DNA of 64,000 nt from an uncultured Methylomirabilota bacterium. Lineage in GTDB: Bacteria > Methylomirabilota > Methylomirabilia > Methylomirabilales > 2-02-FULL-66-22. The notes beneath the pieces are model-generated. The model searched no databases, was not told the DNA's origin, and worked only from the letters and a program-made list of their open reading frames with translations. A program made the position numbers and the translations under genes. Positions 19,252-27,974 of this stretch are shown one piece after another (positions within the stretch are counted from its first letter, which is position 1; each line of letters starts with the position of its first letter). The stretch covers positions 5,024,001 to 5,088,000 of the forward strand of contig OY970067.1 in NCBI GenBank assembly GCA_963705305.1. The letters are read 5' to 3'.

Positions 19252-20610
19252 TCAGGCGGCGTTGATCATCTCATCCACACGCGGGTCGCTGGGCTTGAAC
19301 GGATCCTTGCACAGGATGGTCCGCTGGTACCGATCGTTCAGCTTGAGGTAGGACCACCCGACGTCGTACGACTTGTTCCGCTCGTTGGCGAAATTGATGA
19401 AGTCGGAGCGGACCTTGGCCCGGGTCGTCTGCGGCGGGGTGGTCATGGCTTCTTCGATCAGTGCGTCGCTGAACAGCCGGTCGACCTGTTCCTGCCGGCA
19501 GAGCATGTTGTACAGGCCCCGGTCCCGGCGGATGTCGTGGTACTGGAGGTCCAGCATGCTGATCCGCTGGTCGTCGAAGCCGATCCCCTTGCGCGCCATG
19601 TAGGACTGGATCAGCTCCTGCTTGATGACCCAGTCCAGCTCCCGCGCGCACTGCCGGGGCTCCTCGGCCAGCTTGTCCAGGATGGTCTGCCAGCGCTCGA
19701 GGAGGTCGCTCACCTGGGGGGAGGGCTCCAGGCCGGCGTAGTAGTCCAGGGCCAGCTCCAGGTACTCCCGCTGCAGCTCGATGGCGGAGAATTCCTTCCC
19801 CCGCTTCAGCCGGACCTTCCGCCGGCAGCTGGTGTCGTGGGAGATCTCCTTGATGGCCCGGACCGGATCCTCCAGGGCCAGGTCCTTCCGGATGGCCCCG
19901 TCCTCCACCATGGCCAGGACCAGGGCCGTGGTCCCCACCTTGAGGTAGGTCGTCACCTCGGACATGTTCGAATCGCCGACGATGACGTGCAGGCGCCGGT
20001 ACTTCTCCTCGTCGGCGTGGGGCTCGTCGCGGGTGTTGATGATGCCGCGCGAGCTGGTGGTGGCCCCCGAGATCTCCTGATAGATATGCTGGGCGCGCTG
20101 CGAGATGTAGTAGTGGTTGCCCAGCCGGGTCTTCAGCACCTTGCCCGCGCCGGCGAAGACCTGCCGCGTCACGAAGAAGGGAATCAGCTGTTCGGCCAGC
20201 TTGTGGAAGTTGGCCCCGCGCTCCACCAGGTAGTTCTCGTGACAGCCGTAGGTGTTGCCCACCGAGTCGGTGTTGTTCTTGAAGATGAAGATGTCGCAAT
20301 CGATGCCGTTCTCGCGCAGCTTGCGCTCCGCCGTGAGCAGGAGCTCCTCGATGACCCGCTCTCCCGCCTTGTCGTGCAGCGTGAGGTCGAAGGGGTTGTC
20401 GCACTCGGGCGTGGCGTATTCGGGATGGCAGCCGGTGTCCTGATAGAGCCGGGCCCCGTTGCGCAGGAAATCGTTGGTGCCGCGCTGGCGCGAGACGACC
20501 CGCTCGAAGAGATACCCGAGGGCGCTCTCCACCGAGAGGTTCACCCGGCCGCCGGCCGAGGAAGAGATCAGGCCGTACTCGTTCTCCAGCCCGAAAATTC
20601 GCCGCTGCAT
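19252..20610 (-). CDS. pafA: Pup-protein ligase
   Basis: MQRRIFGLENEYG, NGARLYQDTGCHPEYATPEC, GCHENYL, SQRAQHI, C-terminal KDPF; no Dop loop. Confidence 0.92.
   Translation of the reverse strand: MQRRIFGLENEYGLISSSAGGRVNLSVESALGYLFERVVSRQRGTNDFLRNGARLYQDTGCHPEYATPECDNPFDLTLHDKAGERVIEELLLTAERKLRENGIDCDIFIFKNNTDSVGNTYGCHENYLVERGANFHKLAEQLIPFFVTRQVFAGAGKVLKTRLGNHYYISQRAQHIYQEISGATTSSRGIINTRDEPHADEEKYRRLHVIVGDSNMSEVTTYLKVGTTALVLAMVEDGAIRKDLALEDPVRAIKEISHDTSCRRKVRLKRGKEFSAIELQREYLELALDYYAGLEPSPQVSDLLERWQTILDKLAEEPRQCARELDWVIKQELIQSYMARKGIGFDDQRISMLDLQYHDIRRDRGLYNMLCRQEQVDRLFSDALIEEAMTTPPQTTRAKVRSDFINFANERNKSYDVGWSYLKLNDRYQRTILCKDPFKPSDPRVDEMINAA
19522..20044. repeat. 523-bp direct repeat copy 1 (inside pafA)
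   Basis: Line-by-line identical to 22645-23167 (offset 3123). Confidence 0.95.
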
Positions 20611-20625
20611 GACGAGTGCGGGGGA

Positions 20626-21327
20626 TCAGGCATCCCCACTGCCCTCCTTTTCCACATAGGTCCGCAGCTCCGCCAGAGGAAGCCGTCGGAATTTCCGCCC
20701 CGGCCGCTCCCGCTCGAGGAGGGCCACTTCCAGGCTGGCCGCCTTCACCTGCTGGCTGGCCGCCGCCTCCAGGGCTCGGGTGGCCAGTTGGAGCGCGGCC
20801 TCCAGGCTGAGGCCCTCGCTGTACTTGTCGCGCAGAAAGATCTTCAGCTCCTCCGCCTGGCCGCCGATGCTCGCGTAGCCCTTCTCGTCGGCGATGCTGC
20901 CGTCGAAGGCGATCCGATACAGCTCGTTGCCGGCCGCTCCCTCCCCCACCTCCAGGACCAGGATCTCCACCTCCAGCGGCTTGATCTCCATGCTGAAGAT
21001 GTTGCCGATGACCTGGGAGTAAGCGCTGGCCAGTGATTTCGCCGTGACGTCCTCGCGACCATACGCGTACCCCTTCAGGTCGGCGTAGCGGATCCCCTCC
21101 TTGCGCAGCCGCTCGAATTCGCTGTACCTTCCCGCGCCGGCGAAGGCGATGCGGTCGTAAATCTCCGAGATCTTGTTGAGCGAGGCGCTGGGATTCTCCG
21201 CCACCATGAGCAGTCCCCGGTCGAACTCCAGGGCAATGATGGACTTCCCCTTGGCGATGCCCTTGCGGGCGTATTCCGCCTTGTCCTGCATCATCTGTTC
21301 GGGAGAGACGTAATAGGGCAGCGCCAT
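20626..21327 (-). CDS. prcA: 20S proteasome alpha subunit
   Basis: MALPYYVSPEQMMQDKAEYARKGIAKG, KISEIYDRIAFA. Confidence 0.95.
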   Translation of the reverse strand: MALPYYVSPEQMMQDKAEYARKGIAKGKSIIALEFDRGLLMVAENPSASLNKISEIYDRIAFAGAGRYSEFERLRKEGIRYADLKGYAYGREDVTAKSLASAYSQVIGNIFSMEIKPLEVEILVLEVGEGAAGNELYRIAFDGSIADEKGYASIGGQAEELKIFLRDKYSEGLSLEAALQLATRALEAAASQQVKAASLEVALLERERPGRKFRRLPLAELRTYVEKEGSGDA

Positions 21328-21400
21328 CGTTTGGCCCTCAGTGGTGGTGGCCCCGGCCGCCGGGAAGCGGATGTCGTCCTTCCCGCGCCCCGACGTGTCT

Positions 21401-21530
21401 CAGGGGCTCGCTGAAAAACTCGTTTGGCCCAGGCTGCGCAGACAGAACCACATGCGCGGGGACCCATCCGCAGGATGGGCACCCATCAGATGGGTACCCG
21501 GCAGATGGTCCTTTTTCAGCAGCCCGTTAG
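21401..21530. repeat. MITE/REP-like element family A, copy 3 (between prcB and prcA)
   Basis: GCTGAAAAA...CCCAGGCTGC...CCCATCC-GCA-GGATGGG...TTTTTCAGCAGCCCGTTAG; end overlaps the prcB TAA. Confidence 0.65.
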
Positions 21531-22324
21531 GCCGATCGGCGGGCGTTCACCAGGGTCTGGCAAACGGAGGCCACGCGATCCTCGGGAACATCCTGGGTCC
21601 CCTGCCGGGTCACCAGCTTGACAGTCGGAAAGATCCCCCGGACGAAATCCGGCCCGCCGGTCCCCCGGTCCTCGTCCGCGGCGTCGTACAGCGCCTCCAG
21701 ACCCGTCGCGATCGCTTCGGCCTCTTCCAGGCCCAGCCGGTAGAGCTTCTTGAGGCTGGAGCGGGCGTCCTTGCCGCCGGAGCCGATGGCGTAGTATTCG
21801 GCTTCGTCGTATCGGCCGCCAGCCACGTCGTACTTGTAGATGCGCCCCTCGTCACGGCGCAGGTCGTACCCGACGAAGATCGGCACGACCACCAGACCTT
21901 GCATGGCCAGGGGGAGGTTCGCCCGCACCATCTGGGCCAGGCGGTTGGCCTTGCCCTCCAGGCTCAGCCCCAGGCCTTCCAATTTCTCGTAGTGGGCCAG
22001 CTCGGTCTGGAAGAGCCGGACCATCTCGAGGCACGGTCCCGCGGCGCCCGCGATGGCGATGGCCGAGTGCTCGTCGGTCGCATACACCTTCTCGATCCGC
22101 CGCGAGGCCACCTGGTAGCCTTCGGTGGCCTGCCGGTCCCCGGCGATCACCACCCCCTGGCGGTACGTGAGGGCCAGCACGGTGGTCCCGGTGGGAACGG
22201 GCGGGGCGGTCTCGTGCGCCTCTCGCCCCTCCGCAGCGAACTGGGGCACGAGCTGCGGTTGGCGCTGGCGGACCAGGTCGAAGAAGCTGGAGCTGGCGTC
22301 GTTTTGGAAGAATGAAGGCTCCAC
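21527..22324 (-). CDS. prcB: 20S proteasome beta subunit (with propeptide)
   Basis: SSSFFDLV propeptide, PTG|TTVLA catalytic Thr1, AGDRQAT, GSGG; GTG start. Confidence 0.93.
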   Translation of the reverse strand: MEPSFFQNDASSSFFDLVRQRQPQLVPQFAAEGREAHETAPPVPTGTTVLALTYRQGVVIAGDRQATEGYQVASRRIEKVYATDEHSAIAIAGAAGPCLEMVRLFQTELAHYEKLEGLGLSLEGKANRLAQMVRANLPLAMQGLVVVPIFVGYDLRRDEGRIYKYDVAGGRYDEAEYYAIGSGGKDARSSLKKLYRLGLEEAEAIATGLEALYDAADEDRGTGGPDFVRGIFPTVKLVTRQGTQDVPEDRVASVCQTLVNARRSA

Positions 22325-22338
22325 GGAACGGACCCCTC

Positions 22339-23823
22339 CTAGCCGGCCAGCCGCTCCAGCAGCTCGGCCACACTCTCCGATCGCTCCAGAACCTCCCCCA
22401 CCAGCTTCCGCGTGCCCCGTCCGGGCTCCGCCATGGGAATCCGCTTGACCGTGGCGTCGCCCGTGTCCAGCAGCACGGAGCTCCAGCTCGCCCCGTAGAC
22501 CTGGGCGCCGAATTTTTGAAGACACATGCCCCGGAAGTACGCCCGCGTATCCGTCGGCGGATGGCCGGCGGCCCAGAGGATCTCGTCATCGCTCAGCAGC
22601 CGATCCACGTATCCTTCCCGCTCCATCCGGTAGTAGATGCCTTTGTCCCGGCGGATGTCGTGGTACTGGAGGTCCAGCATGCTGATCCGCTGGTCGTCGA
22701 AGCCGATCCCCTTGCGCGCCATGTAGGACTGGATCAGCTCCTGCTTGATGACCCAGTCCAGCTCCCGCGCGCACTGCCGGGGCTCCTCGGCCAGCTTGTC
22801 CAGGATGGTCTGCCAGCGCTCGAGGAGGTCGCTCACCTGGGGGGAGGGCTCCAGGCCGGCGTAGTAGTCCAGGGCCAGCTCCAGGTACTCCCGCTGCAGC
22901 TCGATGGCGGAGAATTCCTTCCCCCGCTTCAGCCGGACCTTCCGCCGGCAGCTGGTGTCGTGGGAGATCTCCTTGATGGCCCGGACCGGATCCTCCAGGG
23001 CCAGGTCCTTCCGGATGGCCCCGTCCTCCACCATGGCCAGGACCAGGGCCGTGGTCCCCACCTTGAGGTAGGTCGTCACCTCGGACATGTTCGAATCGCC
23101 GACGATGACGTGCAGGCGCCGGTACTTCTCCTCGTCGGCGTGGGGCTCGTCGCGGGTGTTGATGATGGGCCGCTTGGCCATCGTGTCCAGCCCGATCAGG
23201 GTCTCGAAGAAATCGGCCCGCTGGGAGAGCTGGAAGCGGCAGGGCTCCGTGCCGTTCTCGAAGCCGACCTTCCCCGAACCGCAGAAGACGATCCGAGAGA
23301 CCAGGAAGGTCGTGAGGCCCTCCACCAGCTTGTCGAACGGGACGCTGCGGGCCATCAGGTAGTTCTCGTGATATCCGTAGCTGTTTCCCTTCCCGTCGCT
23401 GTTGTTCTTGTAGATCATTAGCTGCTGAGAGGGTGGAAGCTTGCGGTTGGCCGCCTCGCGGCACTGGTCCGCCACGCGCTCCCCGGCCTTCTCGAAGAGC
23501 ACCAGGTCCCGGGCGTTGGTGGTCTCGGGGGTGGAGTATTCGGGGTGCGCCCCGTCCACGTACAGCCGGCCGCCATTGGTCAGGATCTTATTGATCGCCC
23601 GGTTGTCCTGCTGGCTGGGCCGCTCCCGCTCGCCGCTGGCCTCGAACCCTCGGGCGTCCAGCAGCGGATTCTCCCCCGCATAATCCCACATGACGCGGGG
23701 GGGCTGAGTCATCGGCAGCGCGTTGATGAGGAAGATGGAACTGCCTACGGGATCGAAGCCGGCGCCCTCCCGCGCCGTGATCCCGAATTCGGTCTCGCTC
23801 CCCATGATCTTGTCGATCGCCAT
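22339..23823 (-). CDS. dop: Pup deamidase/depupylase Dop
   Basis: GSETEFG, Dop loop WDYAGENPLLDARGF, LTNGGRLYVDGAHPEYSTPE, SQRADFFE, TRAYFRG. Confidence 0.92.
   Translation of the reverse strand: MAIDKIMGSETEFGITAREGAGFDPVGSSIFLINALPMTQPPRVMWDYAGENPLLDARGFEASGERERPSQQDNRAINKILTNGGRLYVDGAHPEYSTPETTNARDLVLFEKAGERVADQCREAANRKLPPSQQLMIYKNNSDGKGNSYGYHENYLMARSVPFDKLVEGLTTFLVSRIVFCGSGKVGFENGTEPCRFQLSQRADFFETLIGLDTMAKRPIINTRDEPHADEEKYRRLHVIVGDSNMSEVTTYLKVGTTALVLAMVEDGAIRKDLALEDPVRAIKEISHDTSCRRKVRLKRGKEFSAIELQREYLELALDYYAGLEPSPQVSDLLERWQTILDKLAEEPRQCARELDWVIKQELIQSYMARKGIGFDDQRISMLDLQYHDIRRDKGIYYRMEREGYVDRLLSDDEILWAAGHPPTDTRAYFRGMCLQKFGAQVYGASWSSVLLDTGDATVKRIPMAEPGRGTRKLVGEVLERSESVAELLERLAG
22645..23167. 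repeat. 523-bp direct repeat copy 2 (inside dop)
   Basis: Identical to 19522-20044, same reading phase. Confidence 0.95.
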
Positions 23824-23941
23824 AGATGGACCCTTTCGGGACCGTCGCCGTGCGGCCCGCCCTCGCCTGGATCACCTCCTGAAGGCAAGACCGCGGGTCA
23901 CAGCCCTGACGGGCCGGCGGAGCCTGGTGCGGAAGCCGCCG

Positions 23942-25760
23942 TCAGAGGTAGTGACCCGTGGTGATGGTCTCGACCTTGCGCGGCTTCTTCTGCTCGCGAT
24001 CGAACACCGGACGAACGTGCACGATCCGCTCGCCCCGTCGTCCGGCAATCTTGGCCCAATCATCGGGGTTGGTCGTATTCGGAAGGTCCTCGTTCTCCCG
24101 GAACTCGGCTTTGACGGCCTCGATGAGGTCGCTCGCGGTGATGCCCTTCACCCCGCTGGTGATCATCCGCTTCACCGCGGCCTTCTTGGCCCGCGTGCAG
24201 ACGCTTTCGATCAGCGCCCCGCTGACGAAGTCCTTGAAGTAGAGCGTCTCCTTCTCGCCGGAGGCGTAGGTCACTTCGAGGAAGCGGTGGGCGTCGTCGG
24301 TCTCGAACATCTCGCCCAGGGCCGACTCGATCAGGCTGGCGACCGTGGCCGCCGGATCGTCCCGTTGCGCCGCCAGGGTGTCCGGGGCCAGCGGAAGGTC
24401 CGGGGTGAGGTACTTGGAGAAGATCTCCCGAGCGGCGTCCCGGTTGGGACGTTCGATCCGGATCTTGACGTCGAAGCGGCCGGGACGGAGAACGGCGGGA
24501 TCGATGAGGTCCTGCCGGTTGCTGGCCCCGATGACGACCACGTGGCGCAGCCCCTCCACCCCGTCCAGCTCGGCCAGGAACTGGGGCACGATGGTGGACT
24601 CGACGTCCGAGGAGATGCCGGATCCGCGCGTCCGGAACAGGGAGTCCATCTCGTCGAAGAAGACCACCACCGGGGCCCCGGCGCTGGCCTTCTCCCGGGC
24701 GCGGGCGAACACTTCGCGGATCTTGCGCTCCGTCTCCCCCACGTACTTATTGAGCAGCTCGGGACCCTTGACGTTGAGGAAGTAGGCCGGGCTGGGCGTG
24801 CCGGTCTGCCGGCTCAGCTGCTGGGCCAGCGCATTCGCCACCGCCTTGGCGATGAGCGTCTTCCCGCAGCCGGGCGGCCCGTACAGCAGGACCCCCTTGG
24901 GTGGGGCGAGCTTGTGGGCGGCGAAGTGCTCGGCGTAGAGGACCGGCAGCTCGATGGCGTCGCGGATCTGCTCGATCTGCGCCGCCAGCCCCCCGACGTC
25001 GTTGTAGGTGATGTTGGGGACTTCTTCCAGCACCAGGTCTTCCACCTCGGCCTTGGGCAGCTTCTCCAGCACGACCCCGGCCCGCGCATCCAGCCGCAGA
25101 TGGTCTCCCACCTGGAGCGGCACGTCGCGCAGCTGGGCCGAGAGCTCCACCACCCGCTCTTCGTCCGCACGGAGGCTGACGATGGCCCGCCCCTCGTCCA
25201 ACCGATCCTTCAGGCGCACCACCTCTCCCTGCAGGTCCTGGCCTCCCACGTCCACCACGTTCAGGGCCTCGTTCAGGACGACCTCTTGGCCCCGGTACAG
25301 CTCGCCGCTCTTGACCATGGGGGCAATGTTCACCTTCATCTTCCGGCCGCCGGTCCAGAACGTCCGCCGTGCTGTCTGGGTAATGCTGCAGGAAGATGCC
25401 GTAACTGGACGGAGGCGCGGCCAGCTTGTCCACCTCGGCGCGCAAGGAGGCGATCTGCTCCTTGGCCTGGTTCAGCGCGGCCACCAGGCGATCGTTCTGC
25501 TGCTGGGCTCGATCCAGCTGTTCCCGCGACTGGCTCAGCTTGTTGCGCAGGAACTCGAATTCCTTGGGGGTCTGTTCCAGCCGTCGCCGCAGGTGGAACA
25601 TCTCCTCTTCCAGCGCCTTGACCTGAGCTTGAAGATTCTCGATATCCATGGCATCTTGACCGAACGCCCGCGCGAGGGCGGGATCTGACTTCGAAGGTTG
25701 CCCGGAAAGCTTCTGCATCGTCTTTCGCAGCGAGTTGAGCCTGGTCTCGGAATCCCCCAT
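23942..25760 (-). CDS. arc: Proteasome AAA ATPase ARC/Mpa, interrupted by a +1 frameshift near 25354-25361
   Basis: Coiled coil ending [13 protein letters not shown] in one frame; GRKMKVN...GPPGCGKT...FFDEMDS...C-terminal GHYL in another; span 1819 nt = 3n+1. Confidence 0.88.
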
Positions 25761-25863
25761 GCCGACTGGTCCTCCGCCGCTGCCGGCCGCCGATCACCCC
25801 TCGCCGCGCGCTCGTGCCACTACAGCGCGCGCGACAAGAGCACGCTCTTTCGGTTTCGATCGT

Positions 25864-25891
25864 ATATTAAACGGCTTCAAGGGGGTGTCAA
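25864..25891 (-). promoter_or_regulatory. Sigma70-type promoter upstream of arc
   Basis: TTGACA-16nt-TAATAT on minus strand. Confidence 0.55.
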
Positions 25892-26004
25892 GCTCCTTTT
25901 CCGCCCGCGCGGGCGGCGATTTTCGGGCCGTTCACCGGCCGCCAGACACCGATGGCTGGGAACACCCCAGCCATCGGTCGGCGACCCCGCCATCGCGTCT
26001 GCGG

Positions 26005-26023
26005 TCCCCCGTCACGCGGGGGA
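26005..26023 (-). promoter_or_regulatory. SECIS-like hairpin
   Basis: UCCCCCG-CGUGA-CGGGGGA; loop starts 25 nt after the in-frame UGA and contains GU. Confidence 0.55.
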
Positions 26024-26242
26024 TCAGTGGCTGCACGTCCCTCACCCGCTGCTGGTGCAGGTCCCGCACCCACCGCTGGTGGACCCGACAAATCCCCGCT
26101 CGCCTTTGAAGGCGAAGGTTGAGAACTGCCTGGTCACCTTTCCGCTCTCGCATTTGGGACAGCGCACCCGGCTCTGGCTGGACGCGACACGCTTCTCGAA
26201 GGCGTGCGCGCAGGCATCACAGACGTACTCGTAGATCGGCAT
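26024..26242 (-). CDS. FmdB-family zinc-ribbon protein, probable selenoprotein (Sec at codon 67)
   Basis: MPIYEYVCDAC...CPKC...GGCGTCTSSG(UGA)GTCSH*; UGA at 26042-26044 occupies the first position of a CxxC. Confidence 0.75.
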
Positions 26243-26284
26243 CAGGCCTCTCCGGGCGGCGACAGCGCCTCCGAGGGACTCGGG

Positions 26285-26482
26285 TCACTGGCCGCCCCGC
26301 TGCACATAACTCTTGACGAACTCTTCGGCATTCTCTTCCAGGACGTCGTCGATCTCGTCCACCAGCTTGTCCATATCCTCTTTCAGCTTCTTGCCCTTCT
26401 CCGTCGCCGCGGAGCGCGTTTGCTCACCCTCTCCCGCCGGCGGCCCCTCGGTTCGACGCTGCTTTCGCTCTTGCTCCGGCAT
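26285..26482 (-). CDS. pup: Prokaryotic ubiquitin-like protein Pup (C-terminal GGQ)
   Basis: LVDEIDDVLEENAEEFVKSYVQRGGQ. Confidence 0.95.
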   Translation of the reverse strand: MPEQERKQRRTEGPPAGEGEQTRSAATEKGKKLKEDMDKLVDEIDDVLEENAEEFVKSYVQRGGQ

Positions 26483-26544
26483 GCCGTGCCTCCTTCCCCT
26501 GCCTTTCCACGCCGGTCCTTACCCTGGTATTGTACCACTGAAAT

Positions 26545-27051
26545 TCATCGGTTCGCTACCCAGATCAAATGCGGAAGCTCCGGGATCAATACCTGGGACA
26601 GTCCCAGCCGAACCGCCGCCTGCGATCCCGGCAGGCAGCAGATGACTTTCCCCCGGCTCACACCGCACAGCGCCCGGCTGAGAAACGCGGCGGCGCCGAT
26701 CTCCTGGAAGCTCAGCCAGCGGAACAGCTCGCCGAATCCCGGGAGCGCCTTCTCGATCAGCGGCTCCACCGTCTCGACCGTCAAGTCACGGCGGCCGACT
26801 CCGGTGCCCCCCGTCACCACCAGGCAGCGCGCGGGGCCCTGCAGAAATCGGCGCACCACCGCCTGGATCGCTGCCGGCTCGTCCCGGACCAGCTCGTGAT
26901 CCAAGAGGGTGTGCCCGGCCCCCTCCAAGAGCTCTCGGGCCAGGCGCCCCGAGGCGTCGGTGGCCTGGGTGCGGGTGTCGCTCACCGTAAGGACAACGCA
27001 GGCGACCGGCCCGACCGTCTGCGCGCCTACCTGATGCTCGTGCGCCCCCAT
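26545..27051 (-). CDS. moaB: Molybdenum cofactor biosynthesis protein B / MogA
   Basis: VLTVSDTR, TGGTGVGRRDLT, LPGFGELFR, LSRA, LPGS. Confidence 0.88.
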   Translation of the reverse strand: MGAHEHQVGAQTVGPVACVVLTVSDTRTQATDASGRLARELLEGAGHTLLDHELVRDEPAAIQAVVRRFLQGPARCLVVTGGTGVGRRDLTVETVEPLIEKALPGFGELFRWLSFQEIGAAAFLSRALCGVSRGKVICCLPGSQAAVRLGLSQVLIPELPHLIWVANR

Positions 27052-27053
27052 GC

Positions 27054-27683
27054 TCACCTGCCTTCCCGAAGAAACGGGTTGTTCCGGCGTTCGGCACCGA
27101 TGGTCGTCTGCGGCCCGTGGCCGGAATAGACCACCGTTGCATCCGGGAACGTCAGGAGCTTGGTGCGGATGGAATGAAGCAGGGCCGCCGGCGATCCGCC
27201 GGCGAGATCCGTGCGCCCCACCGAGCCTGCGAACAGCGTGTCTCCCACGAAGACGCTCTCCTCCGCCCGCAGCGAGATGCTGCCCGGCGTATGGCCGGGG
27301 GTCTCCAGCACACTCAGGGCGAGGCCGCCCAGCGCGATCACATCCCCCTCGCGGACCAGCCGATCCGGGCCGGGGGGCTCCGCCGCCTTGAGGCCGAACA
27401 TCCGGGCGGTTTCCGGGACCATCGCCAGCAGGGGGAGATCGTCCGGATGCATCACGATTGCGGCGCCCGTGGCGGCCTTGAACAACTCGGTCCCCGCCAC
27501 GTGATCGAAGTGGGCGTGGGTGGCGATCAGATAGTCCAGCTGAAGCGCCTGCGTGCGCACCGCCTGAAGGACCCGCTCGCTCTCCATGCCCGGATCGATC
27601 ACCGCCGCCCGGCGGGTCTGCTCGTCCACCACCAGATAGCTGTTACTCTGTAACGGCCCGACCACGAACATCTCGACCCGCAC
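27054..27683 (-). CDS. MBL-fold metallo-hydrolase (glyoxalase II-like)
   Basis: THAHFDHV, TPGHTPG, GDTLFAGSVGRTD, GHG, NPFL. Confidence 0.9.
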   Translation of the reverse strand: MRVEMFVVGPLQSNSYLVVDEQTRRAAVIDPGMESERVLQAVRTQALQLDYLIATHAHFDHVAGTELFKAATGAAIVMHPDDLPLLAMVPETARMFGLKAAEPPGPDRLVREGDVIALGGLALSVLETPGHTPGSISLRAEESVFVGDTLFAGSVGRTDLAGGSPAALLHSIRTKLLTFPDATVVYSGHGPQTTIGAERRNNPFLREGR

Positions 27684-27785
27684 CGTTGCTCTCCCGCCCC
27701 TCCGCCCCTCACGACGCCCCGAAAGAATGCACAGACGAAGAATGCCACGCACGGCGGCCGCCGGGGGCGGCCTGGATGTGCTCGC

Positions 27786-27947
27786 TCAGGACAGCTCCCG
27801 CTGGATCCGCAGCACCGTCGAATAATCAACCCCGGTCTGGGCCGAAAGACGGAGCAGATCACGCTCGGTGATCCGGCTCCCGCGCTTCATGATCGCTTGC
27901 AGTTCACGACGAACGACCACCAACGCCTCCTCAGTCTTTAGCCGCAT
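27786..27947 (-). CDS. Small 53-aa HTH-like hypothetical protein (not in ORF track)
   Basis: AAGGAG RBS; MRLKTEEALVVVRRELQAIMKRGSRITERDLLRLSAQTGVDYSTVLRIQRELS. Confidence 0.55.
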   Translation of the reverse strand: MRLKTEEALVVVRRELQAIMKRGSRITERDLLRLSAQTGVDYSTVLRIQRELS

Positions 27948-27974
27948 ACGCCGCTCCTTGCCGTATGTCGCTGC

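Noticed and set aside
3144..21530. Dispersed repeats as a CRISPR array
   Set aside because: No regular repeat-spacer periodicity and no cas genes
19522..23167. dop/pafA repeat as a DGR template/variable repeat pair
   Set aside because: The copies are identical with no adenine-specific mismatches, and there is no reverse transcriptase in the window
25340..25370. Programmed ribosomal frameshift in arc
   Set aside because: No slippery heptamer, homopolymer or evident stimulatory structure
26285..26482. Modifier as UBact rather than Pup
   Set aside because: It carries the Pup signature DEIDDVLEENAEEFV..YVQRGGQ
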